DNA from: Chrysomallon squamiferum
Lineage: Eukaryota > Animalia > Mollusca
Assembly: GCA_012295275.1 (NCBI GenBank)
Contig: CM022678.1
Location: forward strand, 11,532,001 to 11,596,000
DNA length: 64,000 nt
Direction: 5' to 3'
Positions 1 to 19,273 of this stretch are shown here, piece after piece. The position numbers and the translations under genes are program-made. The notes below the pieces were generated by a model. That model saw nothing but the letters and a program-made list of their open reading frames with translations. It was not told the origin of the DNA and searched no databases. Numbering within the stretch: the stretch's first letter is position 1; each line of letters starts with the position of its first letter.

Positions 1-1857
1 TCTCTCTCTCTCTCTCTCTAAGACTTTCATTATCTATGTCTCCTCCTGTTTTCACTTTCTTCTCTACGCAAGGCTATTACAGTACCACCTTCAGAGCAGA
101 GAACAGAAAAAAAAAGAGAAAAAAAGAAGTAAAAAGGAATAACACGACATGAAAAGTTAACTGAATGTCGTTCGTTGACGGTTGTTCGTCTTCACAAATT
201 ACTGCAAATTGCCGACAGTAAATTCTACGTCGACATTTACCGTATAAAACCGTCAATACGCTGGCTCGGTCTGTCTCGTTGATGATTCAGGGCACATTTG
301 TGTTAACAAGGCGTAGACAGACTCAAACACAAGCTGCAGGTTTAGACTTTTACTCATCTAAAAGTATTGATAATTACGTCTGATAGCACGTAGTAAACAT
401 CTGTCACACATCGACGATTCAAGAAAGGAAACCCGCATCAACTTTTGGATTCATATTTTACCCTTTTCTTTTTTCTTCTTTTTTGTTATTTTGTTATTTT
501 GTTATTTTTTTGTTTTGTTATTTATTTATTTTTGTTTTATTTATTTATTTACTTATTTATTTATTCATTTATTTATTTGTTTGTTTGTTTGTTTGTTTAT
601 TTGTTTGTTTGTTTGTTTGTTTATTTGTTTATTTATTTATTTATCTGGTGAGAATTTTTTTTTACATTTACACACAAATAGCTTTTACAAAGAGATGCTG
701 ATATTAATCTAAATTAATTTTCTGATTTTTGTTAATTCTGATTCGTTCTGATAAACAGATTTCCCTTGTAAAAGAGAAATTTATCTTCTTTTCCTCGCAT
801 ACGATCAAATAAATATTTATTTAATTGTCTACCGCGACTGCTGCGGAGGTAAAAAAAAAAAAAAAAAAGATAAAAAAATTGAAAAAAAAACAACAATTCC
901 ACCTTCAAGGCAGGTGAAAGTTAATTTTAGTTTTTGTTAAATTTACATTTCTTGTCTGTCTGTCAGTACGTCTCGCTGTCAGTTTTTCTGTCTATTTATC
1001 TAACAACGTATGGAGAAATTATAGTAGTAATAATGGTGATGTAATTGTAGTTGTAGTAGCAGAGGCAGTTTTATGAAAAGTAGTGAATAGCAGTAGCTGT
1101 AGCAGTAATAGTATAAAAGTAATGGTGATGAAGATGAAGATGATAATAATAGCAGTAGTAGTAGTAGTATTGGTGGTGCTGATGGTAGTAGTAGTAGTAG
1201 CAGTAGCTGTAGCAGTAATAGTATAAAAGTAATGGTGATGAAGATGAAGATGATAATAATAGCAGTAGTAGTAGTAGTATTGGTGGTGCTGATGGTAGTA
1301 GTAGTAGTAATAGTAGCTGTTGTTTCATTCCATACGTATAGTTAGTAATGCTATTTAGTGAAATATGCAGTTTTCTGTTATTTATTGTTCCTGGTGTCTG
1401 TTCGTCTGTTCTCTCTGAGTGTTTCTATTTTTAGAAAACGTGTTTCGAGCTGGGTGATCACAGAATGTAAAAACGTCAAAGTATTTTTATTGTGGTTCGT
1501 TGTTTAAAACCGCCGAGCCTGGAAAACGTTCACCTGTCCGGGTTGTTTACGGCACTTCGCGGTGTGTTTATGCTCGTTCGGTGCGGACATGTTAAACACA
1601 TTATTCAGAAACGATTTATGGCGATCCTTGCCCGTTCTCTCTTTAAATCAAAGTTCCCAAAGAACATCTTCTGTTTGTGCTTCAAGCAGTTCTCGATGGT
1701 TCAATTTTACGTTTTGTTTAAAACTCATCTGGTGACTACAGTTTAATGATAATCTTGGGTGGATGGTGTTGTCAGAAAAGGAAGAGATAAATCTGGATTT
1801 TTATTTAACTTCAAAATCTCTCTCGCCACCCAGTAAGAGCCATGTGACTCTAAATAC

Positions 1858-1971
<114 letters not shown>

Positions 1972-2449
1972 ATTCTCTCTGTACCTCTCAGATTGTTTCA
2001 CTTCTTTCTAGTAGCAGTATTAGTAATTGTTTTAATTAAGTAGTAGTAATGGTGGTGGTAGTAGTTGTAGTACCAATAGTAGTAGCAGTAACAGTATTTT
2101 TTATTAGTAACAGTAACAATAGTAACAGCAGCAATAAAATAATTTTTATTATGAAAATTGTTTCATTCATGAGTAAGAACAAAAATACTGTTTATTTTTA
2201 ATGACCTTCCTTGTTTTTCTGCTACTTCTTCTTTTATTGCTGTATTTTTCTAAAATAAGCGCTGTTTTGTAGGAAACAAATACTGGAGTTGAAAAACAAA
2301 AGCTGATGTTTCTACAAACAAATCAGGTGTTTTGCCAGGAGAACAAAACTGTAATTTCTTATCACAAATCACAATAACACGACTGAGCTGTCACAACAAA
2401 TCCTTTTACTAGTCAAACATAATTATTCTTTGGTTTGTTTGTCTCAGGG

Positions 2450-2561
<112 letters not shown>

Positions 2562-2710
2562 GTGTTTTACTTCCGCTGGTAGGAAGCGATCCAAACACCT
2601 CTTCACAAGAATCAGCAGATAAATAAATTTAAATAACAAAGAACCTGTGATACTGTTGTTGCTACTGTAGACGTTTCAATGATAAAGTGAATGTTTGAAA
2701 ACTGTCAGAA

Positions 2711-2783
2711 GGGCTTGTGGCGCAATGGATAACGCGTCTGACTACGGATCAGAAGATTCCAGGTTCGAATCCTGGCAAGCTCG
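2711..2783 (+). tRNA. trnR-ACG: tRNA-Arg(ACG), 73 nt, intronless
   Basis: GGGCTTGTGGCGCAATGGATAACGCGTCTGACTACGGATCAGAAGATTCCAGGTTCGAATCCTGGCAAGCTCG. Acceptor stem GGGCTTG/CAAGCTC, A box TGGCGCAATGG, anticodon loop CT-ACG-GA, B box GGTTCGAATCC, T5 Pol III terminator at 2785-2789. Confidence 0.98.
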
Positions 2784-3679
2784 ATTTTTGTTATTACGTT
2801 GTTAAATTTACTTTTTCATTTCATTTATTATTATTATTATTTTGTATTTGGCAAACAGTTTTTATGTCAAATACAGTACATCTTTAAAACAGAGGATCAG
2901 TTCGTTGTGTTTTCTTTCTTTCCTTTTCTTTTATATATTTATTTATGTGTATGTGTATGTGTGTATTTTCAGTAATCATTCTTTTTGTTTTGTTTTATTC
3001 TATTTCTCATCTGACTGTTTTAAAAATGTATTCACGAACAGACAAAATAGCGACAATTTAAAGTCATTAAACTGTCACAGCCAGTTTATATGCATCGTTA
3101 AAAAATAAAAATAAAAATAAAAATGAAAATAAGATTTACATGCACTTGAAAACGTAATTCACAGCTTCACCTTAATTAAACTGTTAACCCGCATGCTTTC
3201 TATCAAATCTGACCTTTGCGCAGAACAAAACAATTCAGTACAGTACACGAACTTAACGCCCGAACGCGGTCCCTCTAATCATAGACTGTTTTCCACATTC
3301 TTACATACGTAATGCGTATCATTAACGAGAATTAGTTGTGCGAAGGAAAACGTCACAGAGTACAAAACGTCAAATCTGTTTAATCGACAGATTTGTGGGA
3401 TGGAATTATTTTTTTATTTTTTTTATTTTATTTTATTTATTTTATTTATTTATTTATTTATTTATTTGTTTATTTGTTTATTTATTTATTTGTTTATTTA
3501 TTTATTTGTTTATTTATTTATTTTGTTTATTTATTTATTTGTTTATTTGTTTATTTATTTGTTTATTTGCTTTATTCAGCTGGTTTATTTTAAACGTTAA
3601 TCAATATTTACGTTTACAAAAAAAACATAACAGTAACACAAAAAACAACAGCAGCAGCAGCACATAAACAACGTAAATA

Positions 3680-3718
<39 letters not shown>

Positions 3719-4061
3719 ATATTACACGTCATTAAAGAGAATCAAACGGAATTTTCGACTGTCACATTCAAGTCTTTCTCTGCGCTGTTTTGACGAAATA
3801 CTTGAGCGGTAAGACTCGTAAATAGGAAAGATTTGAAAATGTCTGACTCTCTTTTCTCGAGGTAAGTACGTGCAGTGCGTGATGTGCGTGGTGAGCTGCA
3901 GAAGCTGGTCGAGTTCTCTGACAGGCAACACACGAGACTCGTCACCCCCGCCCCACGCTGAAAACCCATCCCTACAGTCTTGTGACCACACCCCTAAATA
4001 CATTTTTGAAGAAAGATAAAATAAAACTTAGATAATGTGAAAAACAGTTGTATGGATTCAT

Positions 4062-4149
<88 letters not shown>

Positions 4150-4608
4150 GTTCAGATTTTAGAAAACTTTATTTCATTTGTACTTCAATTTCCACATCGT
4201 TGCTATTTTTTTTAAGTAGAGTACGTTCTGAGGTGAATTTCAAGAACTGATAAAGAAAATACGTTTACTATATATATATATGTATGTTAGCTCTTCAGAA
4301 GCTGATAAATCAAGAAGTGTTTGGATATCTCTGTCAGTCTGTTTACAGGTTAATTCAGTTCACAACCCAGCGAAGCTGAAGTTAAAGTTGTTATTTGATA
4401 CGAGCAGATAATAACTACTTATTTTCAAATCTGTTATTAGCCTTGTTATTACTGTTGTTGTAGTTGTCATCATTATTATTGTCGTTGTTGTTGTTCGTAT
4501 AACTTTATTGTTATGTTGTTCATTATTATTATTATTATTATTATTATTTTATTAGTTATTATTACGATTATTATTACTGATTATTATTACTACTATTACT
4601 ACTACCAT

Positions 4609-4658
<50 letters not shown>

Positions 4659-6162
4659 GTATTATTATTATTCAAATAGATTTGTCAGAAAAAATTATAA
4701 GAGTTTTTCATGTTTTCCGTTGCTGGTTGTGTTTATATTTCTAGAAGACTCATCAAACAGCCTTGAAATAAACTAACTTGACCTTTTTAGGCTCAGAAAA
4801 GTGACGTGAGCAAGCATCAGAGTGAAAACGAGTCTTTGTTTTCTCTGCCAAATCATTTTTCCATTTCCTAAGCGGCTTCTTTTTAATGACGTACGCTTGT
4901 CATATTACCAATGACCGGAAACGGAACCTTCGTTGATTTTTTGTTTTTATTTTTTGTATTCCTCCTGGAATTCGCTGCGCACCACACTTCTGGTTACCAC
5001 GTGAGGGTTGAACGCAGTTAGAAGTAAAATACTCACATGTGAGTAATATCCTCTCTTGTACCTTTTTTTTTTTTCTCTTCTTTTTCACCTGTCGAAAGGT
5101 TTCACTTTCCGCACGGAACACACGTTAATCTGGAGGATAACAGTTAAAGTATTTACCTCGGAAACGCGAAGCTGAGAAGGGAAGGTAAAGATCATCGAAA
5201 GTAAACAACAGAGAACAACGTGAAACACGAACCGCACGTGCGAAGTAAATACAGTTTTCGTTACTTTTTTCGTCGCGTGAAAAATCACTTGAGCTTTGAC
5301 ATTTTGCTAATTCAACGGAAAGCAATTTTATTTTTTAATTTGTTTTGTTGGGAAATGATTAACAGCGTCATCAACAATATCAGAAATAGCAACACCAACA
5401 AGAAAACCAGTAACAACAACGAAAACAGCAGCAACATCAAACGTAGCAGCATAAAATAGCAAACACAACATTTTAAATGGAAATAACAACAACAAAAACA
5501 GCAACAACAAAAACAGCAACAACCAAAACAACAAAAACAGCAACAACAAGAAAACCAGCAACTACAACATCAGAAACAACAACAACAACATCAAAAACAG
5601 CAACAACAAGAAAACCAGCAACTACAACATCAGAAACAACAACAACAACATCAAAAACAGCAACAACTTTAAAAAATGGAAACACAGAAAGGAAGAAATA
5701 AATTTAAAAAATAAATAACGTGGTAGTAGCTAATAACAACAGTCACAACAACAGCATCAACAAGAACAACGACAGCACCAGCAATAAAATAACAACACCA
5801 GTAATACCAACAACGACAACAGCAACAAGACAAGTAATTCGCTAATGATGGGGTGGGTGGGTGGGTATAGGTTAAAACAAATCACTCTCAGCATTTCCCG
5901 TTCAAACTGAGGAGGAGCTGTCACGGTTCACGAACTGTGAAGACAGAAAAGCTGTTCGGGTCGTCTGCAAACTGCCGACTTCCGACAGCCGAATGTAAAC
6001 AGAAGCTGCCATCACGGAGGAAGTAACGAGTTAGGAAGACGCCATTACGAAATTTGACGTAATTGTCTCTGCAGGGCGTGCAGGTCCACACCTCAACCAA
6101 TCAGATTTGATGACGTTAATGTGAGCGAGGTCACGATGTTACGTAAATAGGTCTTCCGGTTT

Positions 6163-6198
<36 letters not shown>

Positions 6199-6486
6199 TT
6201 TTATTATTATTTTTTTTTTTTAATATTTTTTTTTTTTTCGTTATTGTTTTTTGATTTTATTTAATATTACTACTTGTTTAAAAAAAATATAAATATTTTA
6301 TTTTATTTTATTTTATTTTATTTTATGTATTTTTCTTGCTGAAATTTGGTGGATTTATTCTTTATGTTAAATAATAAACAAACAAACAAACAAACGCAAA
6401 ATATTAAAATACTGTGTTTAGCTCACATCATATTTGTTGACGTGTCAGAGGATTAAACCTGGCAACAACTACTACCACGACAAACG

Positions 6487-6500
6487 GTAGCTATGGTAAC
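6487..6500. promoter_or_regulatory. RFX X-box-like palindrome
   Basis: GTAGCTATGGTAAC fits the GTHNYY-AT-RRNAAC consensus and lies about 770 bp upstream of the first recognisable exon of the Cys-loop LBD gene. Motif match only. Confidence 0.35.
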
Positions 6501-7266
6501 ATCTACTTGTGTTACTAGTCATTGCAGCGCAGTAAATTTACCTGTAATCACGTCCAGTATTTTGTTTACCTGTCTTTTCAGAGAATATTTACATATATTA
6601 ACTTATCGTACTGTTTACATGCTTGTACAGGGCATAATTATATTTACATATTTTATTTTATTTTAGAATATATTCACCTACCACGCTATTATTTCACATA
6701 CATTTACTGATTATGTTATCTCATATATGACAATATGAAAAAAAATATATATTATTATTATATTTTTGTTTTCGTCGTATAGTAATATTATATATATCAG
6801 TATGTACACAATACAGTAACACAGATTTATATTTATTATTTTACTTTCAGTGTGAATGCAGGACAGAACGTACCCCAGAGTTTTATTAGTTATATATACA
6901 TATTACATTACTTGATATATATATATATATATAAATTAACGTATCATAATAATTTAATATAATTATACTTACATTGCATATATATTTTTTCACGGTATAC
7001 ACCGACATTTTACTAACACACATTTACGTGTTTTAATCTGTTTTCGGCTTATATGCATGACAGCACGTACCAGAGAGTTTTATTAGTTATATACATATTT
7101 TCACTATATCATAACATTAACACATCATAATATTTTATAATAATTATATTTATACTGTGTTTACAGCGTGAATGCATTACTCCACACATTTACGTGTTGT
7201 AATCTGTTCTCGGTGTATATGCATGACAGCACGTACCACGGAGTTTTAACTGACGTGTTGTTTCAG

Positions 7267-11833
<4,567 letters not shown>

Positions 11834-11860
11834 TTTGTTTTAGAGCATATAGCGCTTTCA

Positions 11861-11915
<55 letters not shown>

Positions 11916-12059
11916 CTAATTTATTTTAATGGTATAAAAAAAAAATTGAGATCTCGATTCCAGAAAGACAAAAAGGAATAAGATATTCATATTAATCAGA
12001 GTCAAGCACATCTGTCACAGAAGACATTTTTTTATCAGTGTTTCATAGATCGTGAGATC

Positions 12060-12338
12060 GTTCCCTAGCAACCACCGTCACGTGACGTAACTGAACAGAC
12101 GTCAGACAAAAACAGCGCGTGCTAATCTACCAGCTGACCAATTCAGTACATCACCAGAAATCGTATATCAATAGCAAGCAGTAAGTTTTTGTTTATAACT
12201 CAGATTTAACTTTCAGAGAATGTCGACACTGTCAGGAAATGTCGACCAGTGAGAAACGACGGTTTCCGATTATCTCCGTGATTTTAATAAAGGCCAGGGT
12301 CAGTGTTTGTGCTATACGAATATGGTGGTCACGTGACC
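12060..12338 (+). promoter_or_regulatory. Motif cluster (X-box, E-boxes, CRE-like, CCAAT, Inr, splice donor): putative promoter or enhancer
   Basis: GTTCCCTAGCAAC 12060-12072; GTCACGTGAC 12077-12086 overlapping TGACGTAA; CCAAT and TCAGTA near 12138-12148; GTAAGT at 12181; perfect palindrome GGTCACGTGACC 12327-12338. Confidence 0.35.
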
Positions 12339-12441
12339 TCTAGTGATGATTTTTGTGACTGGTAAGAAAACGACCGAGGATGATGATGCAGTAAGATGTG
12401 AAAATTTACTGTTTACGGGTTTCTTTCTTTCTTGTCAGTGA

Positions 12442-12493
<52 letters not shown>

Positions 12494-12777
12494 ACGCTCA
12501 CAAATACACACACAGAGGCATGTAAGTATGTGTATGTGTGTGTCTACATGTTATATATATATATACACACACATACGCACATATACAAACATACACATTT
12601 ATGTATATATATCTTTGAATAAATTTGTCGATTGCATACTTACATATATATACACATACATACGTACGTACAAACTTATATACAAACACACACACATTTA
12701 TATAGAGACAAAAACTAAATAAATAAATTGTTTTAAATAATTGAAGATAAATAGAAATATCAGGTCTGATGTCAGTA

Positions 12778-13003
12778 CAAAATAACACTGTTATTTGTCA
12801 CTGAATGTAGCTGTGAGTTACCAAAATAACACTGTTATTTGTCACTGAATGTAGCTGTGAGTTACCAAAATAACACTGTTATTTGTCACTGAATGTAGCT
12901 GTCAGTTACCAAAATAACACTGTTATTTGTCACTGAATGTAGCTGTGAGTTACCAAAATAACACTGTTATTTGTCACTGAATGTAGCTGTGAGTTACCAA
13001 AAT
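12778..13003. repeat. 44-bp minisatellite, 5 copies
   Basis: Unit CAAAATAACACTGTTATTTGTCACTGAATGTAGCTGTGAGTTAC starts at 12778, 12822, 12866, 12910 and 12954. Copies are nearly identical, with an internal palindrome AAATAACA-C-TGTTATTT. Confidence 0.97.
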
Positions 13004-14363
13004 CCTGACTGTGACAACGTTCTGAAGACGTAATTCACTGACAGCAGCAAGATCAACATCAACCGCTGGAACGACGTGACTCACGCCACACTAACATCGC
13101 AACATTGCAGCAGCAATCATTTTCTCAGCTTCTCTTCGTGGGTTTTGTGTTTTAGATTTTTGGTCTTGAAATTTCGCATCGTACTCTGAGTAATATGAAT
13201 ATCTTTATCAATCAGCACAAAAGACTATTTAAAAATTATTTAATTTTTTGCTTATGTAAAATTATGTTCTGTGCCTAATTCAAGTCACTTTTTAAAAGTT
13301 TTCTCTGTTGCAGTTGTGAAAAAAAAAACATGAAAATGTACGTGTTCTATAATTATTTTTAAAACTGTGTAGATATATTTAAGATATGGTGCCTGGTTAT
13401 ATTATGCCTTGTTCTGTGCCTTACTTACTATTGTAAGCTTTAAACTAGATGTGCCTTAGTTATTATATGTGCCTTAATAAGTTTATTATTTCATAATCTA
13501 TTTTTAGAACATTTACACTAACTGTTCTTTGTCTTTTTACTAAAGATAAGTTTTTGTTTAGAGATTAGATAGATTTCGGGTTAAGTAAAATTTTAAAATT
13601 AGTACGTGTTTTTAAGAGTTCATGTCAGTGATCCCAGAAGTATAGATTAAAACTGTTTTGAAGTGGGTTGTATGTAAAACTAGTGTATTAAATATATATT
13701 AAATGTGTACCCTTCTTGTCAGTAAAATGTTTGTATTTACTGATTCTATTCTTGTGTTCGTATATTTAGGCAAGTAAACATTTTTTTAAATTTATTTGTA
13801 TTGTTTGTTTGTCTTTTTATACATTTACTGAATTAATCATAAATTATAAATAATAATTATTATTATTATTTTTTTCTTTTTTAGATTAGACTATGTACGA
13901 ATGTTGGTATGAATGTGTGTGTCTGTATGTGTTGTGTGTGTGTGCCTTTGTATGTGTGTGCGTAGGATGTGGTTATTGTTGAGGAGAAATGAAAGCAGTG
14001 AACACTTTCTTGTAATTGTCAGTTCTCTTGTAGGGCAGATATTTATAAATCAAAACTTCAAGTTTCTCGTACTCGAACCACTTTTTAATTCATCACTTTT
14101 ATTACAAACATCATCAAGCAACACTCAATCTATGTGTTAAACATTCCTTTGTTTCGTTTGTATTCCTCCTTTTGTCTTTCTATCATGTATACATATATAC
14201 AGGTACATATAAACACATACATATTATACAAACTTAAATATACACATACATAAACCCAAATAAAAAGTCATACAGATATAAGGATAATTTATGTCTACTT
14301 ATTAAATTTCGAGTTCTGTACCTAAGGTGAACAGTCCCCCAGTAACTCACTTTCAAGTGTGAG

Positions 14364-14541
14364 TTCCCGTATTAGCCACACTGAGGTGGGGGTGTCATCA
14401 CTCACCACGTGACTCACTGTCGCTGCATTTTAGGTACACAAGAAATTATTTAAATTAATTATGAAATATTTCTAAAAAAAACTTTACTTGGTGAGGAATG
14501 ATGCCTACAAAAATTTTGTTCAAAGTATGTGACACAATGAA
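14364..14541 (+). repeat. Dispersed ~170-bp repeat, copy 1 (copy 2 at 19902-20068); probable transposon remnant
   Basis: Both copies begin TTCCCGTATTAGCCACACTGAGGTGGGGGTGTCAT and align, with substitutions and indels, through GCTGCATTTTAGGTACAC...ACTTTACTTGGTG...TTTTGTTCAAAGTAT. Confidence 0.85.
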
Positions 14542-14542
14542 A

Positions 14543-14574
<32 letters not shown>

Positions 14575-14576
14575 GC

Positions 14577-14639
<63 letters not shown>

Positions 14640-15156
14640 AAATAACCATAATAATGTATAATCTTCATTTCTTTCTTCATTTATACATGTTATTTTTTAT
14701 TTTTTTTACACTATTTCGTTTTATATTAATCTTGAAAATAAATACGATTCATTATAAAGAAATAATAAAACTAAAATGCATCTTTTCATTTAATAAATTA
14801 AATAACTATTTACTTAATTTTTTAATTTTTTTAGTACTGTTATGCATTTTTTATTTCAACCAGGATAACAAAATTAAAACAAGTTTATTTATTTAGTTAC
14901 TTATTTAGATTTCTATTTTATTTTTTTTTTTATTTCAGATTACATCATAAGCTAAAGTATAATTAAAATACGTTTTTTAATCAGTAACTATATAAATATC
15001 TATAATGTAAGTACTTTTCTTGTGTCATATACGCTGAATTAGTTTAGAAGCGTCGGCCTCAATTAAAAAAAATACTAAAATAATTTGGACGCGAATTTAG
15101 ACAGTTCACCAAAATAAAAGAGATCGGAATATAAGTTTGATAAAAGAATTCTTGAT

Positions 15157-17100
15157 GCCAATTTTGAAAAAGTAAAATCCGACCTTGAACCTTGTAACAC
15201 ACAGTTGTGGTTAGGACAGAGTCAGAGGAGGTCAAAGGTCAAATTATTCTTCACGAAACACTGTATATCTGTAACTAAATAAAACTGTAATAACAAACAC
15301 ATTAAAATAAAATTATTAATAAAACTAAATAAAACACATATCTACCTTCATCTCTCTCTCATACACATATATACTCTCTTTCTTTCCTACATGTAATCTC
15401 TCCTATTTTAATCAAACTAAAACAACACTTTAACAAAACTATTCCTCAAAAAAAGGTAATTAAGTAATCAAACAAAAAATAATACGTTAATAAATAAATA
15501 CGTAACATATACATTAACATATACCCTCATAAACATATAACCAGATAACATATACCCTCATAAACATATATCCACACAAACATATACCCACTTAACATAT
15601 ACCCTCATATACATATATCCATGCAAACATGTACCCACTTCACATATACCCTCATATACATATACCCACATTACCCAAAATATACATATACATATACCCC
15701 CATATAAAACATATACCCACATAACTATATATATACTCATATACATATATACATATACCCATATAAAATATACCCATATACATATATATACCCTCATATA
15801 CATATATCATATATACATATATATATATATACCCATATAAATATATACCTCATATACATATATCCATACATATACCCTCATATACATATATCCATACATA
15901 TACCCAGATAACATATACCCTCATATACATATATCCATACATATACCCAGATAACATATCCATATATACATATACCCATACAAACATATACCATATACAT
16001 ATACATATCCCTATATACATATACCCATACATATATAATATATATATCCATACATATACCCTCATATACATATATCCCACACATATAACATATACCCCTC
16101 ATATACATATATCCACAAACATATACCCAGATAACATATACCCTCATATACCCTCATATACATATATCCATATATCCAAACATATACCCCATATACATAT
16201 ATCCATACATATACATATACCCTCATATACATATATCCATATACACATATACCATATACCCATAACATATATCATATACATATATCCATATACATATACC
16301 CATATAAACATATACCACATATATACATATACTGTCATATACATATATCCATATACACATATATACCATATCCATATAACATACATCATATATATACATA
16401 TACCCACATATACATATAACCCATATACATATATATCATATACATATACCACTTAACATATACCCTCATATACATATATCCATACATATACCACTTAACA
16501 TATACCCTCATATACATATACCCATACATATACCCTCATATACATATATCCATATACATATACCACATATACATATATCCATATACATATATAATACATA
16601 TATACATATATCCATACATATATACTGTCATATATATCCATCCATATAAACATATACCCTCATATACATATATCCATACATATATCCATATACATATATC
16701 CATATACATATATACCCACATATACATATATCATATACATATACATATATATATCCATATACACATATACCCACATATACCACATATATCCATACATATA
16801 CCATCATATACATATATCCATATATACATATATATACCACTGTCATATACATATATCCATATATACATATACACCTCATATACATACATATCCATATAAT
16901 ACATATACCATATAATACATCATATACATATACATATATCCACATATACCCACATATATACCCATATACATATATCCATACATATACCCATATACATATA
17001 CCCTCATATACCCCAAAACATATACCCCAAACATATACCCAACATAACATATATGTCATATACATATACTATATAAACATATACCCACATAATACATAAC

Positions 17101-17167
<67 letters not shown>

Positions 17168-17600
17168 ATATACCCACATAACATGCATATACATATACCC
17201 ACATAACACATAACTTCATATTTATATATATACCCATATACCCACATAACATAACCACATATACATATACCCATATAAACATATGCACACATAATACATA
17301 CCTTCATATACATATACTATATAAAAACAAACACTCTCTAACACGTACAAATGCACACAGAAGCATTTCGTGAAAAATGCTTGAAGAATAATTTCAAAGT
17401 TTGACAACAGTAAACATTGTAACAAAACCACTAATTTTTAATTTACATTTTTTACTATAATTATAAATTGTAATAAAAGTTTAACTTACTGAGATTATTT
17501 CTGATTTCAAATACCAAATTTCTACGTAAATCACTCTGCCTGCCCGAACCGCAACTGTATGATTGTTGTCTATGACGTCAGTCAATTGTCGACGTCATTA
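15157..17600. repeat. Tandem segmental duplication, copy 1, containing a ~1.8-kb (CATATA/CATATAC)n satellite at 15510-17315
   Basis: The unique arms 15185-15490 and 17320-17600 align with 17896-18220 and 18650-18920. Confidence 0.92.
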
Positions 17601-17867
17601 AAATAGTTTATAGTAGGTTACATACACATATTTTTTAATTTATTATTTATTTTTATTATTTATTTGAATACATATCCAAATAAGTAAATAAATAAATGAG
17701 AACTTGAAAGTTTAATAAAGAAAAAAATACATTTCTGTAATAAAATTTCGGTAATATTTATTTATTTACTTATTTATGTATATATTTTTAATTTATTTTT
17801 ATTTTTTATATCAGTCATGAAAATTAATACTGTTCATTTTCTAACTCATTAGCATCTAGGTTTACTT

Positions 17868-18922
17868 CCAATTTTGAAACACTAAAATTTGAACTTGAAC
17901 CTTGTAACACACAGTTGTGTTTAAGACAGTCAGAGGAGGTCAAAGGTCAAATTATTCTTCATCATTGATACTTCACGAAACACTGAATATCTGTAACTAA
18001 ATAAAACTGTAATAACAAACACATTAAAAGAAAATTATTAACTAAACTAAATAAAATACATATCTACCTTCATCTCTCTCTCACACACATATATATACTC
18101 TCTTTCTTTCGTACATATAATTTCTCTCTATTTTAATCAAACTAAAACAATTAACACTAAAACAAAACTATTGCTCAAATAAAAAATAATTAAGTAGTCC
18201 AAAAAAGTTAATAAATAAACACATGATATATACCCCCATATACATATACCCACATAATACATACCGTCATGTACATATACCTATATACCCACATAATACA
18301 TACCTTATATACATATACCCACATAATATATACCTTAATATACATATACCCATATACTCCACATAACATAACCGCATATACATAAACTATATAAACATAC
18401 ACCCACATAGTATATACCCTAATATACATATACCCATATACCCACATAACATAACCGCATTTACATATACTATATAAACATATACCCACATAGTATATAC
18501 CTAATATACATATACCCATATACCCACATAACACATAACCTCATATACCATATTCCCATATACCCACATAACATAACCACATATACATATACCCATATAA
18601 ACAATTGCACACATAATACATATTCTCATATACATATACCCATATAAAAAAAACACTCTCTAACACGTACAAATGCACACAGAAGCATTTCGTGAAAAAT
18701 GCTTGAAGAATAATTTAGAAGTATGACAACTGTAAACATTCTAACAAAACTACTAATTTTTAATTTATATTTTTACTATAATAATAAATTATAATAAAAA
18801 TTTAACTTACTGAGATTATTTCTGATTTCAAAGATTAAATTTCTAGGTATAAAACTCTGCCCTGACCGAACCGCAACTGAGTGATTGTTGTCTATGACGT
18901 CAATCAATTGTTGACGTCACTA
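17868..18922. repeat. Tandem segmental duplication, copy 2, with a shorter CATATA tract (18225-18645)
   Basis: Direct-repeat partner of 15157-17600. Similarity resumes near 19299 (versus 17700) after an insertion of about 300 bp. Confidence 0.92.
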
Positions 18923-19230
18923 ATAACAGGCACTGCAAACAGCCTGTATTTATGGTGCGCTATGCTGGTTTGACCTAATTGTACTCACTTTTCAACGCTT
19001 GATTTATTCAGTTTGAGTCATAGCATATAAAATTTGCATGAATGTAGTCTGATGTGTCATCTTTCTGTTTATTGCATCGTACTGAGATAAAAATGGTTTA
19101 TTCCCAATCAGAAATGTCTTGCCAGCTCGTTACAATCGTATATCATTCATACCTCATGTTTTCATTGCGTTAACTCTGCAAGCGTTTTTTATATAAGCAA
19201 CATCGAAAAGACTAATGACCCACCCAAATA

Positions 19231-19273
<43 letters not shown>

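Noticed and set aside
1348-1434. Signal-peptide-like MLFSEICSFLLFIVPGVCSSVLSE as first exon of the AChBP-like gene
   Set aside because: The only phase-2 donor available (GA|GTGTTT) is very weak, and T-rich DNA readily yields hydrophobic peptides.
5477-5701. Mucin-like Thr/Lys-rich ORF
   Set aside because: Degenerate (AAC)n tract with a 60-bp duplication; no splice sites linking it to a gene.
12778-13003. CRISPR-like array (palindromic repeat)
   Set aside because: Units are head-to-tail with no unique spacers, there are no cas genes, and the context is eukaryotic.
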